Shown one piece after another: positions 16,012-25,003 of a stretch of DNA of 27,387 nt (the stretch's first letter is position 1; every line of letters starts with the position of its first letter). A program made the position numbers and the translations under genes. Origin of the DNA: a virus (taxonomy: Duplodnaviria > Caudoviricetes); the IMG/VR virus record IMGVR_UViG_3300046787_000971, positions 1-27,387 of that record, one strand, 5' to 3'. A model generated the notes under the pieces. That model saw nothing but the letters and a program-made list of their open reading frames with translations, did not search any database and had not been told where the DNA came from.

Positions 16012-16500
16012 CTATTTCCTGTAGAGGTTCTTGGCTTCCTGCTCAATGCGCTCACTGAGCCGGTCCTTCATGGCCTGTACCGCTTCGCGTCGCTTGGCTT
16101 CCAGGGCTGGCCGCAAGAATGGTCGCGCGCGCATCTTGCGAGTGCCAAACTCCACGAAACGCCAGTACCAAGCATCCTGAGACAGGTTGCCCTTCTTGCC
16201 TTGCTTGCGGAACTTCTTGCCGTGGCGCACCGTCACGAAGAAGGTCTGGCGCGTGAGGCTGGAGAGTTCAGGGATCTGTTTCATGATCACCGAGCGCTTG
16301 AGCGTTCCGGGTGGCGGCTGGTTGGGCCCCAGGACCTCGGCTGCCTTGGGGGCGCGCATGCGGGCTTCATCGCGGATGACTTTGGCTCCGGCATAGACCG
16401 AGACGCGCAGGCCGTTCTTGGCCACCCGGTCGGGCAATTCGCGCAGGGCTTTGGCCAGTTCAGCCAGGCCCTCGACCTTGAAGCGTTCATGTTTAGCCAT
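16012..16500 (-). CDS. HK97 gp10-family neck/tail-completion protein
   Basis: V.GLAEL...L..L, GTLKRS and YWRFVEFGT.KM.ARPFLRPA motifs. Confidence 0.9.
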   Translation of the reverse strand: MAKHERFKVEGLAELAKALRELPDRVAKNGLRVSVYAGAKVIRDEARMRAPKAAEVLGPNQPPPGTLKRSVIMKQIPELSSLTRQTFFVTVRHGKKFRKQGKKGNLSQDAWYWRFVEFGTRKMRARPFLRPALEAKRREAVQAMKDRLSERIEQEAKNLYRK

Positions 16501-16843
16501 CGTCCAGACCTTCGCTGGCCAACAGGACGACCAGGACGCGTTTCTCGTCCTCGTTCAGGGCCGAGTGGATGTTGAAGATCCGCGACCTGTAGAGCCCCCG
16601 GTACTGGGCGACTTGCTGGGGGTTGTCAAAGATGCTCTGGTAGCGCACCGTGATCTGGTGCGTGAGTTCTGCCGAGATGCGACTGGCAATCACGGCTTCA
16701 CGGCCGGACAGGGGCTGGATATCGGCCCACACGGTGGCCACATCAATCCATGTTCGGCTGGGGGCACCCAAGCTGTCTTTCACGGTGCTGGGGCGCTGGA
16801 TCTTGATGCGGCGACCCAGCGTTCCGGCTCCGATCGGGTTCAT
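16493..16843 (-). CDS. Head closure / head-tail adaptor (SPP1 gp16-like)
   Basis: G.L..RI.IQ, W.DVATVWA.I.PLSGRE and THQITVRY motifs. Confidence 0.9.
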   Translation of the reverse strand: MNPIGAGTLGRRIKIQRPSTVKDSLGAPSRTWIDVATVWADIQPLSGREAVIASRISAELTHQITVRYQSIFDNPQQVAQYRGLYRSRIFNIHSALNEDEKRVLVVLLASEGLDDG

Positions 16844-16850
16844 AGAGACC

Positions 16851-17474
16851 TCATATCAAGGGTACCTTGTAGGGATCGAGCAGTCCATCAATGAAGGGCA
16901 AGGGGTCAATACGCCCTCGCGTCATCGATGCCACCTCCTCGCGGTGTACGTACAGAGAGCCCACGCGCAGCTTGATCCAGGTCTTGATGCCTTCGGGCAC
17001 TGCCGAAGCATTGCCATACCCTGCATCAAAGATCACGCTCACAGCCCCGATCTGAGGCAGGGCAATTGGCCAGATCTGTCCGAACACGGGCGTGATCCGG
17101 GCAGGTTCGCAGGCGTTGTCGACGGTGTAGTTCGCTGCTGGCATGACCTGCCAGACACCCGCCATGTCGAGATAGCGGATTTCCACCACCGACGCCACGG
17201 GCGACTTGGGCAGCAAAACAGCATGCCCGGGCAGCGTGAAGGTCTGCCCTGCGGGCACCCCCATCAGGCTGGGTCCGGGAAAGCTGTCGAGCACCATCCG
17301 CCAGCGCGCCGCCATCAACTGACGGTTGGTCAAGGTCTCGGCCGCCTGGCGTGCCGCCGAGATCAGGACCTGTATCAGGCTGTCGTCGTCATCGAAGTCC
17401 ACCCGCAGGTGGAGCTTGGCCTCGGCAAGCGAGATGGGCTCCCCTGCGGGCGGAGTCATCAACTGCATCGGCAT
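16851..17474 (-). CDS. Head-tail connector (HK97 gp6/phiE125 gp8-like)
   Basis: EPISLAEAKLHLRVD..DDD.LI..LI.AAR..AE motif and C-terminal Y..RE...LLDPYKV. Confidence 0.9.
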   Translation of the reverse strand: MPMQLMTPPAGEPISLAEAKLHLRVDFDDDDSLIQVLISAARQAAETLTNRQLMAARWRMVLDSFPGPSLMGVPAGQTFTLPGHAVLLPKSPVASVVEIRYLDMAGVWQVMPAANYTVDNACEPARITPVFGQIWPIALPQIGAVSVIFDAGYGNASAVPEGIKTWIKLRVGSLYVHREEVASMTRGRIDPLPFIDGLLDPYKVPLI

Positions 17475-17495
17475 GTGATTGCTCCACCCTCAGGC

Positions 17496-17942
17496 TCAGA
17501 CCACCTGCGCGACCGCAGCCTGGTTGCTGGCATCCCCCGGCGCAAAGCGGGGGTTAAAGCCCAGCAACTGCGCCGCCGTGAGGCTGGCAGCAACAGCCAC
17601 CGTCAGCGACAGGCGCACGTAGGCGTAGCCGTTGGTGACATCCAGATCGTCCGGGCGCAGGTTGATCAGGGCCTGTTTGTTGTCACCCGTGGCCTTGACG
17701 ATCTGGGTGATGGCTTTGCCCGTCACATCCTTGGCACCCGTGCCAGAAGCGTCGGTGGCCTGCTGCAGCTTGGCGTCCAGTGTGGCGCCCGTGCCCAGGA
17801 CGCCGCTTTGCACAAGCGCCAGCAGACTGTGGTGGTTGCCCGCCGAAATCCAGCCGGTGGTGACAGTGCCCACAGCCTGGCTGGCGGGGTCGATGGTGGC
17901 CAGAACCGAGAACAGTTCGCTGCCTTTTGCATTGGGAAACAT
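17496..17942 (-). CDS. Putative capsid decoration/cement protein
   Basis: 148-aa Ala/Thr/Gly-rich beta protein directly after the capsid gene. YAYVRLSLTV resembles the end of Bbp16-like jelly-roll cement proteins (by-eye resemblance). Confidence 0.5.
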   Translation of the reverse strand: MFPNAKGSELFSVLATIDPASQAVGTVTTGWISAGNHHSLLALVQSGVLGTGATLDAKLQQATDASGTGAKDVTGKAITQIVKATGDNKQALINLRPDDLDVTNGYAYVRLSLTVAVAASLTAAQLLGFNPRFAPGDASNQAAVAQVV

Positions 17943-17971
17943 CAGAGTTCTCCTTCAGTGATTGGCGACGA

Positions 17972-19288
17972 TCAGCGTGCGCCCAGTTGGACAAAGGGCG
18001 ACATGGTCGTGCTGCCCTTGGCGGGGGAGATCGGCGCAGCGATCTTGGATTGGCCGTCCATGCGGAACGTGGTGCGGAAAGCCGTGAGGTCCGCATCGAA
18101 GTACAGGTGCATGGAGGTTGCCGTTTGCATGCCACCGGCCTTGGTGATGGTCTGGTAGTACGACAGATCGGCCAGCAGCACGTCACCTGCAGAAGAGAAG
18201 GTGTTGGCGTGTTGCGAGACAAAGACCGGACGGCCCAGCAACGTGCCGTAGGGCGAGACCTGGATGCCACCCGGGTTCATGCCCGTAGGCAGGTAGATCG
18301 GGTAGTTGCCCAGCGTCAGCGTGAAAAGCGCGGGGAGCACGTCGTTGTTGACGATCCACACGGCCTTGCCAAACGAGCCCGGCGGCAGGCGCGAGATCAT
18401 CTTGGCCAGGTTCTGCGCCAGCAGGGTCTGCGTTGTCTGCCCCGATTCCTTGGCCACTGTCACCGTGGTGGCGTTGGTCATGCAACCCACAGGCAGGCCC
18501 GAGCCCGAGCCGAACAGGATCGACTCGTTGGTCTTCCAGCGAATGGAGGTGGCGATCTTGTCGGGCAGGTAGGTCGACAGGGCGTTGGTGTCATCCAGCA
18601 ACTCGTCGGTCACCGGCACCAGGGCCATGAGCTTTTTGAGGCGCAGAGTCGACAGGCCCAGCACCGGTTTGGTACCGATTGCAGACGCCGCCTCACCCTG
18701 CCAGTAGGCTCGGATGCCGTTGGTCCCCCAGGGCGTGGTCTCGTCCTTGGGGAAGGCCATTGTGTTACCAGTGATCTCCACGTTGTCCGTCATCGGCAGC
18801 AGGGAATCCTCGCCCAGCGAGAGCTGGAAGATTTCCTGTGCGAATTGCGGGGGCACGAGGAAACCGCCATCTTGCGCCGCGCCCTCACTGCCAAACGAGG
18901 CAGGGGCCACGGCACCGCGATTCATGCCAATCAGCAGACGGTCATCGATCGAGGAGCCGGGGTTTTGCGCGTGGCGGACGGTTTTGAGGAACTCGCCAAC
19001 ACTTTTGAAGCCATGCTTGGGATCGGATTCGGCGTTGTTCACCACCGTGATCACCGAGGCATTGGGCAGTTGGGCTGCGTGGCCCATCTGCGCTTCCTCG
19101 GCAATCAAGGCCGCTTCACGGTCGATCGCGGCCGAGGTGGCTTCGATCCTGGCTTTGAGGGCTTCAAAAGCACTGACCTCTTCTTCGTTCATGTCGCGCT
19201 GCTCGGCGGCAGCGATATCGGTCAGGGCGCGTGCGTCCTTGACCAGGGTGGCTTTGCGGGCTTGCAGCTCGCGCAGTTGCTTGCTCAT
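17972..19288 (-). CDS. Major capsid protein, HK97 fold, with N-terminal coiled-coil delta domain
   Basis: DGGFLVPPQF...I, W.GE, KL.ALVPVTDELLDD, TLLGRPV and AFR...RMDG motifs. Confidence 0.95.
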   Translation of the reverse strand: MSKQLRELQARKATLVKDARALTDIAAAEQRDMNEEEVSAFEALKARIEATSAAIDREAALIAEEAQMGHAAQLPNASVITVVNNAESDPKHGFKSVGEFLKTVRHAQNPGSSIDDRLLIGMNRGAVAPASFGSEGAAQDGGFLVPPQFAQEIFQLSLGEDSLLPMTDNVEITGNTMAFPKDETTPWGTNGIRAYWQGEAASAIGTKPVLGLSTLRLKKLMALVPVTDELLDDTNALSTYLPDKIATSIRWKTNESILFGSGSGLPVGCMTNATTVTVAKESGQTTQTLLAQNLAKMISRLPPGSFGKAVWIVNNDVLPALFTLTLGNYPIYLPTGMNPGGIQVSPYGTLLGRPVFVSQHANTFSSAGDVLLADLSYYQTITKAGGMQTATSMHLYFDADLTAFRTTFRMDGQSKIAAPISPAKGSTTMSPFVQLGAR

Positions 19289-19307
19289 GGGATTAACTCC
19301 AGAAATG

Positions 19308-19341
19308 AAAAAACCGCCTGGTCGAGATGACTCAAGGCGGC
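19308..19341 (-). terminator. Terminator-like hairpin in the capsid gene leader
   Basis: Minus strand CCGCCT-TGAGTCATCTCGACC-AGGCGG followed by a T run, just upstream of the capsid GGAG RBS. Confidence 0.6.
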
Positions 19342-19351
19342 GACAGGGATG

Positions 19352-19397
19352 ACGACCAACGGGTCGCAGGAAGGCGCAACCCTCAACGGAGGGCTGC
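19352..19397 (-). promoter_or_regulatory. Twin hairpins with identical C(CGUU)G loops
   Basis: GCAGCCCTC-CGTT-GAGGGTTGC (19397-19376) and GCGACC-CGTT-GGTCGT (19367-19352). Confidence 0.6.
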
Positions 19398-19410
19398 TAA
19401 ATGAAATGGA

Positions 19411-20337
19411 TCAGATCAGCGCAAGAGCGTCACGGGCCTGTTTCAGGCGGGACTGACTGCGTGGCTTGGTGCTTCGCACGCTGGCCTGCATCTTGGCCAG
19501 CACATCGTCAAAGGTGGCAATGCCGTCGACCATTCCAGCGGCCAGTGCGGCGTCTGCCCCAAGCACACGACCTTCGCCCATGCCCGAGCGCACTTCGCTT
19601 GCCGAGACACCACGGCCTTGGGCCACGGCTTCGATGAAGGCGTTGTAGTAGTCATCCACACGGGACTGCATGAAAGCCTGAGCCTGTTTATCGAGAGGAA
19701 CATACGGGTTGCCCTCGACCTTGAACTTGCCCGCCGAGATCAAGGTGGGCTTGACCCCTTCCTCTTCCAACGCCTTCGAGTAATCAAAGTGGGCCTGCCA
19801 CACACCGATCGAGCCCACCTCGCCACCCGGGGTGACATAGAACTCGCTGGCCGAGCAGCCGATCCAGTAAGCGGCCGAGGCCGCCAGGCTGTTCGCCACG
19901 GCAATGACAGGCTTTTGGGCTCGGGCCTTGACGATTTCGCTGGCCAATTCGGAAACGCCATAGACGCTGCCCCCGGGACTGTCGATGTCGATCAGGATCT
20001 GGCCCACCGTGTCATCGGCCAGCATCTGGCGCAGGACTGATGTGAACTGCTGGGTGCTGGTGCTGCCCGGCCCGGAGATGTCGTCGACCATGTTGCCGCG
20101 CTGCGTCACCACCCCGTACAGGGGCAGCACCGCGATACCGGTGCCCGTGCTGGCGGCTGCCATTTGCTTGCGGGTGTCACGCAGCACGCGGTCGGTGTTG
20201 ACCTGAAACAGGGTCTCGTCGCTCGGCGGCTCGCCCGCAGACCAGCGTGTCAGGATGCCGGACATAGCCTGCAAACGCTCGGGCATCAGCGCCCAGGGGG
20301 TGGTCAGGAATTCTGAAAGCAGAAGTTGTTTGTTCAT
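19411..20337 (-). CDS. Prohead protease, S49 (SppA/ClpP-like) family
   Basis: IDSPGGSVYG, AASAAYWIG, GEVGSIGV and AGKFK motifs; between portal and capsid. Confidence 0.93.
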   Translation of the reverse strand: MNKQLLLSEFLTTPWALMPERLQAMSGILTRWSAGEPPSDETLFQVNTDRVLRDTRKQMAAASTGTGIAVLPLYGVVTQRGNMVDDISGPGSTSTQQFTSVLRQMLADDTVGQILIDIDSPGGSVYGVSELASEIVKARAQKPVIAVANSLAASAAYWIGCSASEFYVTPGGEVGSIGVWQAHFDYSKALEEEGVKPTLISAGKFKVEGNPYVPLDKQAQAFMQSRVDDYYNAFIEAVAQGRGVSASEVRSGMGEGRVLGADAALAAGMVDGIATFDDVLAKMQASVRSTKPRSQSRLKQARDALALI

Positions 20338-21818
20338 GTGTTCATTCCAAGTTGAATCAGGGAAGCGGCCAGTGCGGCCTCCTCAAAGGGCTGTGTTTGC
20401 AGCTGCGCCCAGGCGCTGACCTTGCTCACCTCAAGTCCAAAGGCCTGGGCAATCAGGTCGGTTTCGTTGGTTCCCAGGGAACCCTTCTTGGCGATGCGCC
20501 GGGCTAGCCGGGCTGAGTTGGACTGCACCAGCTTGCGAAAGCGCAAGCTCGATTCCTGATCGGCGGGGTCCGTTTCGTCCTCGGCAGGCGCCGGATCGGA
20601 GGATTCGGTCTCCTGCTCAGCCTCTTCGGCATCCTCTTCCTCCACCATGTTCAGTGGGCGAAGGGGTTGGTCCAGGCCTTGCAGCGGGTTGAGGTTTTCT
20701 GCAATGCGTGCCTCGTTGCGGGTGAGCCAGCCGTTCTGGATGCCGCTTTGGTAGTAGGCCGAGCGGCTGGCTGCATCGCCGCGCATCAGGTTGGCAAAGT
20801 CGAACTCGACTTCCAGCTGATCGCCATCGAGCATCAGATCGGATTCGATCGAGGCCTCCCAGCGTTCGGCCCAGGGGGTCATGGTGTGCATGACAAATTC
20901 CAGACTCTGCTGCTCGATGTTCGAGAACGTCGCGCGATCTAAATCGGCAATCATGTGTGGTGGCACACGGAACATTCGAGCGATATCTGTTATCTGGAAC
21001 TTGCGCAGCTCCAGGAACTGGGCGTCCTTGTTCGTGACCCCCACCTCATGGAACTTCATGCCGTTTTCCAGCACCAGGACTTTGCCCCGGTTGGAGCCGG
21101 ACTGCGCCGCCTGGTAAGAATCCCTGAACACCCGCTTGGCCTCAGGGTCCTTGAAGGTGCCGGGAAATTCGATCCAGCCGCCCGTGGGTTTGGCGTCGTT
21201 CGTGAAGAACCTCGCCCCGTAGTCCTGAGCGGCCAGGGCCATGCCCAGACTCTCGCGGGCCAACTCGATGGGGCTCATGCCCATCAGACCGTCCGAGGAC
21301 AGGCCGCGCAGGTGCCAGATCTGCCCGCGTGGGAATACGGTTTCATCCCCGTTTTGCATCCGAACCCGGTACCGAAAGTCCCCGCTGTCCATCACCTCCA
21401 TGCGCACCCGGTCGGGGTGAATCGGCATGAGCTCGGTGATTTCTCCCTTGGGGTTGGCGATGATCTGGCAGAAAGCATTGCCCCTCAGGGCCAGGTGTCC
21501 CTGAAGCATCTCGCGCCACTCAAAGGGGTTCTGGAACCGGTTGGGCTTGCGGGCCAGGAGGCCGTAGAGCCAGTGATCGGTCACCCGATCCTTGCCTCCG
21601 TCTTTGCGCTGGCGGTACACCACCACCGGAAGAGACGCCATGGTCTCCGACAGGATGCGCACACAGGCATATACCGCTGCGAGCCGCAACGCCCCGTCAG
21701 GCGAGACGCGCATGCCTGAGGCGCTGCGCACCGACACCGGCTCAAAGAAGAAGTCTCCCCAAGGGGATCGGTCACTGCTCGAGGCTCTGAATCGATCGAT
21801 GAATGTGAAAAGTCCCAT
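20334..21818 (-). CDS. Portal protein, HK97 family
   Basis: AVYACVRILSETMASLP, LRGNAF, G.SPI, DAQFLE.RKF, FRVPPHMI, SNIEQQ and G.LT.NE.R..ENL motifs. Confidence 0.96.
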   Translation of the reverse strand: MGLFTFIDRFRASSSDRSPWGDFFFEPVSVRSASGMRVSPDGALRLAAVYACVRILSETMASLPVVVYRQRKDGGKDRVTDHWLYGLLARKPNRFQNPFEWREMLQGHLALRGNAFCQIIANPKGEITELMPIHPDRVRMEVMDSGDFRYRVRMQNGDETVFPRGQIWHLRGLSSDGLMGMSPIELARESLGMALAAQDYGARFFTNDAKPTGGWIEFPGTFKDPEAKRVFRDSYQAAQSGSNRGKVLVLENGMKFHEVGVTNKDAQFLELRKFQITDIARMFRVPPHMIADLDRATFSNIEQQSLEFVMHTMTPWAERWEASIESDLMLDGDQLEVEFDFANLMRGDAASRSAYYQSGIQNGWLTRNEARIAENLNPLQGLDQPLRPLNMVEEEDAEEAEQETESSDPAPAEDETDPADQESSLRFRKLVQSNSARLARRIAKKGSLGTNETDLIAQAFGLEVSKVSAWAQLQTQPFEEAALAASLIQLGMNT

Positions 21819-21822
21819 TGCC

Positions 21823-23535
21823 TCAGAGCACCATCAACTCATAGTCGGATCCGAGCACCACCGAGTCCCCCGGTTTGATCGCCCTTGAGAGGGCCATGAT
21901 CAGTGCCACGATGCCGTCTATTTTGTTTTCTGCTCGCTCCTTGCGTGGATAGATGTTGTCTTTGACGTCCAGATGCGCCACCACGTTGCTGGCCATCCAG
22001 GCCAGTACCGGGTCGCCGTCATGGACGAGCTTCTTTTGCAAGACCAGGGCTTCAAGCGTCTTCATCGGTTCGCTGAAGTTCAGCACCGTGGGGCGCACCT
22101 CGATCATGGGCAGGCCCTCGGCCAGCATCCGGGTCGAGAGCTGCGTGGCCTGAAACGGGTCGAAGGCCACCGCCTGAATCTCATAACGGGTGGCCATGTC
22201 CAGTAAGTCCGACTCGATCCAGCCGAAGTCGATCACGTTGCCCGGAGTAACGATGAGCCGCCCCGAATGCATCCAGCCGCCGTACTGGCTATTGCCTGCG
22301 CCGTTGACCGTGTCCTCGGGCAGGTAGTACTTGCCAAAGGTCACGTAGGCGTCCGAAATCTCCGGATGCCGGAACACCGCTACCAGGGCGGCAATGTCCG
22401 TCTTGCTGGCCAGGTCCAGGCCAATCCAGCAGGGCTGACCTTCGAATTGATCAATGAACATGCCTTGCTCGGTACAGGCGTCCCAGGAGCGCATGTCCAT
22501 CCAGGCTGTGTCGGCGTTCACCCATTCATTGAGGTGCTTGGTCTTGAAGTTGTTGACGGCGCTGGGCAGCTGCATCGCCTTGGCCTGCAGCGGCCCGAGC
22601 ACCTCGGACCTCACCGAGATGCCCCAGTTGGGGTTGGCCTTGATGAGCGACTCTTCGGTTGTCCAGTCATCCCCATCGTCCAGGCCATAGATGATCCCGA
22701 ACTGGGTGTCATCCTCGAACACGCCATCGAGCAGCTTGGTCACAAAAGACCGAACCTCGTAGCAGATGCCTGCGCGGTTACTACCTGCCGTGGTGATCAC
22801 CCACAAGAGCGAGTTGTCCCGTTTGCCGGTTCCGGTCTCCACCACGTCATAGACCGTGCGAGTCTTGTGGGCGTGGAGTTCATCCACGCAGCCAAAGTGA
22901 ATGTTCAGACCGTCCAGCGTGGAGCCCTCGGCCGAGAGCGCCTCAAACTTGGAGCCCGTGGCCATCACGTTCATGTTGTGCGCACCGACATTCACCGAGA
23001 ATCGGTTGCGAAACCCCGGGCTGCGGCGTGCCATGGTCTGCGCGTCCCCGAACACAATGCGGGCCTGGTCACGGGTGGTCGCCAGCGAATAGACCTCAGC
23101 ACCACCCTCACCATCGGCTGCCAGCATGTACAGGCCCACCGCAGACGACAGAGTGGACTTGGCATTACCTCGTGGCACCTCGATGTAGGAGCGGCGAAAG
23201 CGCCGCGTGCCATCGGCCTTGACCCAGCCGAACACCGTCGAGAGGATGAACACCTGCCACGGCTCCAGCGTGATGGGCTCTCCGGCAAGCGGGCCCTTGA
23301 CGTGCGGCAGTCGCTCAATGAATGCGCACAGGTTGTCCGCCGGGTAGTAGGTCTTGCCGCTCTTGCTGGTGAGCTTGGGATTGAAGCGGTAGGGGCTGGC
23401 CTTGCCCTTGTACTTTTTCAGATCACTGAGTTGCCTTTGGCAGGCGGCCTTCACCCACTTGCAAGCCAGGATCTCTCCGGCCACGACTTTCTCTGCGTAC
23501 ATCTTGGCAATGTCCGCATAACTGCCTTGAGCCAT
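21823..23535 (-). CDS. terL: Terminase large subunit
   Basis: LEPWQ.F, Walker A PRGNAKST, Walker B VDELHAH, ITTAG, nuclease GLDLAS..D and KIDG..A motifs. Confidence 0.96.
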   Translation of the reverse strand: MAQGSYADIAKMYAEKVVAGEILACKWVKAACQRQLSDLKKYKGKASPYRFNPKLTSKSGKTYYPADNLCAFIERLPHVKGPLAGEPITLEPWQVFILSTVFGWVKADGTRRFRRSYIEVPRGNAKSTLSSAVGLYMLAADGEGGAEVYSLATTRDQARIVFGDAQTMARRSPGFRNRFSVNVGAHNMNVMATGSKFEALSAEGSTLDGLNIHFGCVDELHAHKTRTVYDVVETGTGKRDNSLLWVITTAGSNRAGICYEVRSFVTKLLDGVFEDDTQFGIIYGLDDGDDWTTEESLIKANPNWGISVRSEVLGPLQAKAMQLPSAVNNFKTKHLNEWVNADTAWMDMRSWDACTEQGMFIDQFEGQPCWIGLDLASKTDIAALVAVFRHPEISDAYVTFGKYYLPEDTVNGAGNSQYGGWMHSGRLIVTPGNVIDFGWIESDLLDMATRYEIQAVAFDPFQATQLSTRMLAEGLPMIEVRPTVLNFSEPMKTLEALVLQKKLVHDGDPVLAWMASNVVAHLDVKDNIYPRKERAENKIDGIVALIMALSRAIKPGDSVVLGSDYELMVL

Positions 23536-23540
23536 TGAAC

Positions 23541-24005
23541 TTATCCCGCAATATCGGCCCAGGGGTCATCATTTGTCCCAGGCTCTTGTGCAACATGGAC
23601 CCTTGAGCGGGATGCGGGCGTGAACCCCATCTCAGCTTCATAGCCCTTCATCTCCTGGGCCAGATCCCGGATGACGTCCATCAGGGGGGAGCGGCGCAAG
23701 ATGCCGCTGGGGGTCTTGATGATCATCCCCGCCACCCCAGAACGATTGATCTTGGCCAGCGCCTCCCGGTACAGCCCGGCGCAATTAGCCCAGCGCTCGA
23801 GCACGGCCGCATCCAGCGAAGACAGCAGCCCTGGCGGAGCGTTCTCTACCGCGTAGGTCCACGCCTCCTTGGCGATGTCGGACATGTATTCCGGCGGATC
23901 GCCCAGCTTTCCCATTGGGCGGGGCTCGTTGGGGTTGGTGCGGCACTTTTGCAGCGTCCCCTTGATCTTCTTGACTGCAACGGGAAGGGGTTTACGACCG
24001 GCCAT
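23541..24005 (-). CDS. terS: Terminase small subunit, P27 family
   Basis: MAGRKPLP...K...G, PP......AK..W and E.GFTPASRSR motifs. Start set at ATG 24005; no clear SD. Confidence 0.9.
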   Translation of the reverse strand: MAGRKPLPVAVKKIKGTLQKCRTNPNEPRPMGKLGDPPEYMSDIAKEAWTYAVENAPPGLLSSLDAAVLERWANCAGLYREALAKINRSGVAGMIIKTPSGILRRSPLMDVIRDLAQEMKGYEAEMGFTPASRSRVHVAQEPGTNDDPWADIAG

Positions 24006-24104
24006 GTGGACTAAAAAAAAGAATTTCAATTTGCACGCGCAAAAAATTGCGCAAGCGCACGCATCTGTGGCGCCAGCCTGTAGAGATTCACCCCCCCTAC
24101 CCCC
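24006..24104. other. Probable cos / packaging-initiation region
   Basis: Intergenic between HNH and terS. Minus strand GGGGTAGGGGGGGTGAATCTCT...GC-rich core...TTTTTTGCGCGTGCAAATTGAAATT follows the G-run / GC core / T-run layout of HK97-like cos regions. Inverted repeat GCGCAA-N4-TTGCGC. Confidence 0.6.
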
Positions 24105-24485
24105 TCAGGAGGGGGGCTGGTTGCGCAGGGATGCCGTCTCTGAGGCGGTCTTGGCGTTGTGACAGGGCACGCACAGGCTTTGCAGGTTTGAGCGATCAAA
24201 GCGCTCACCGCCTTTCTTGACCGGAACGATGTGATCGACCACGTTGGCGGGCTGGAGCACGCCCTTGGCCTGGCACCTGCAGCAAAGCGGGTTATCCCGT
24301 AGCACCGCTGCACGCGTGTTACGCCACCTGGTCGACTGATAGAAGCCCAACTCGGTGTCGAACCCACGCCGCGCACGCCCGTACTCACGGTGCACTTGGG
24401 GCTGGTGATTGGCGCAGTAACCGGGCACGTTCAGCACCTGCGCACAGCCCGGATATCTGCATGGAGTAGGCGCACTTCTCGGCAT
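24105..24485 (-). CDS. HNH endonuclease (HK97 gp74-like terminase cofactor)
   Basis: N-terminal C..PGC...C..H, FY.S.RW, PLC..C and VDHI.P...GG......NLQSLC..CHN.KT motifs; adjacent to terS. Confidence 0.93.
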   Translation of the reverse strand: MPRSAPTPCRYPGCAQVLNVPGYCANHQPQVHREYGRARRGFDTELGFYQSTRWRNTRAAVLRDNPLCCRCQAKGVLQPANVVDHIVPVKKGGERFDRSNLQSLCVPCHNAKTASETASLRNQPPS

Positions 24486-24528
24486 CTCAATCGGCTTTCA
24501 AGGAATACGCGACAGCTTGAAAAATTGA

Positions 24529-24584
24529 CTTGGCTTCCTCTTGAATCAGAGCGTCAATGCTCTACATCGCAACAAACAAAGGAG
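24529..24584 (+). promoter_or_regulatory. Conserved promoter/leader motif, copy 1
   Basis: CTTggCTTCctcttGAAtcAGAGCGTcaATgctctaCATCGCAACAAacaaaGGAG; aligns with 25863-25912. Confidence 0.65.
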
Positions 24585-24590
24585 AGTGCA

Positions 24591-24788
24591 GTGATTACCG
24601 AAACAACCACCTTCACCGTCGACGAGCTTGGATTCATCCAGCTCGCCCTGAACAAGGTCCTGGTCGCCGTCGCCAACGGCGAGCTTGACCTCAACAACCT
24701 GGCCCGCAAGGAACTCGCCAACCGGGGTCTGGACAAGCAAGGCAACTGGGTGGGCTTTGCCCAAGCCAATCAGATCCACAACGCATGA
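24591..24788 (+). CDS. Small hypothetical protein (65 aa)
   Basis: GTG start with AAGGAG RBS. VITETTTF...LDLNNLARKELANRGLDKQGNWVGF; the longer 24390 start overlaps HNH. Confidence 0.7.
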   Translation: MITETTTFTVDELGFIQLALNKVLVAVANGELDLNNLARKELANRGLDKQGNWVGFAQANQIHNA

Positions 24789-24799
24789 GGACCCAAACC

Positions 24800-25003
24800 A
24801 TGAAACAACCCGACAAACAAAAGGTCATCGAGAAGATCGCGCTCGACCATCTGTTCATCGAAACGCTCGAAACCCAGCACCGTGATCGACTGGACTTTCA
24901 CGACGTCTCGGTCTGGGCGATCAAGAGCGCGCTTGAAGCCGCCTACGCCGCAGGGATCGCAGCAACACAAAACACATCAACAACATCGAAAGGAAAGAAA
25001 TGA
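24800..25003 (+). CDS. DUF6900-like small protein
   Basis: IA..HL.IETLET...DRLDFHDVSVW.IK.ALEAAY.AG motif; GAGGA RBS before ATG 24800. Confidence 0.7.
   Translation: MKQPDKQKVIEKIALDHLFIETLETQHRDRLDFHDVSVWAIKSALEAAYAAGIAATQNTSTTSKGKK

Noticed and set aside
16650-19330. 502-aa and 467-aa plus-strand ORFs
   Set aside because: Antisense to well-supported head genes; no recognisable domains or RBS.
22267-23538. 423-aa plus-strand ORF
   Set aside because: Antisense shadow of terL.
24026-24388. 120-aa minus-strand ORF spanning HNH and the cos region
   Set aside because: Overlaps the HNH gene out of frame and crosses a likely non-coding packaging site.
24105-24485. HNH as a mobile homing endonuclease or toxin
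   Set aside because: Size, motifs and position beside cos and terS match the gp74-type packaging cofactor.
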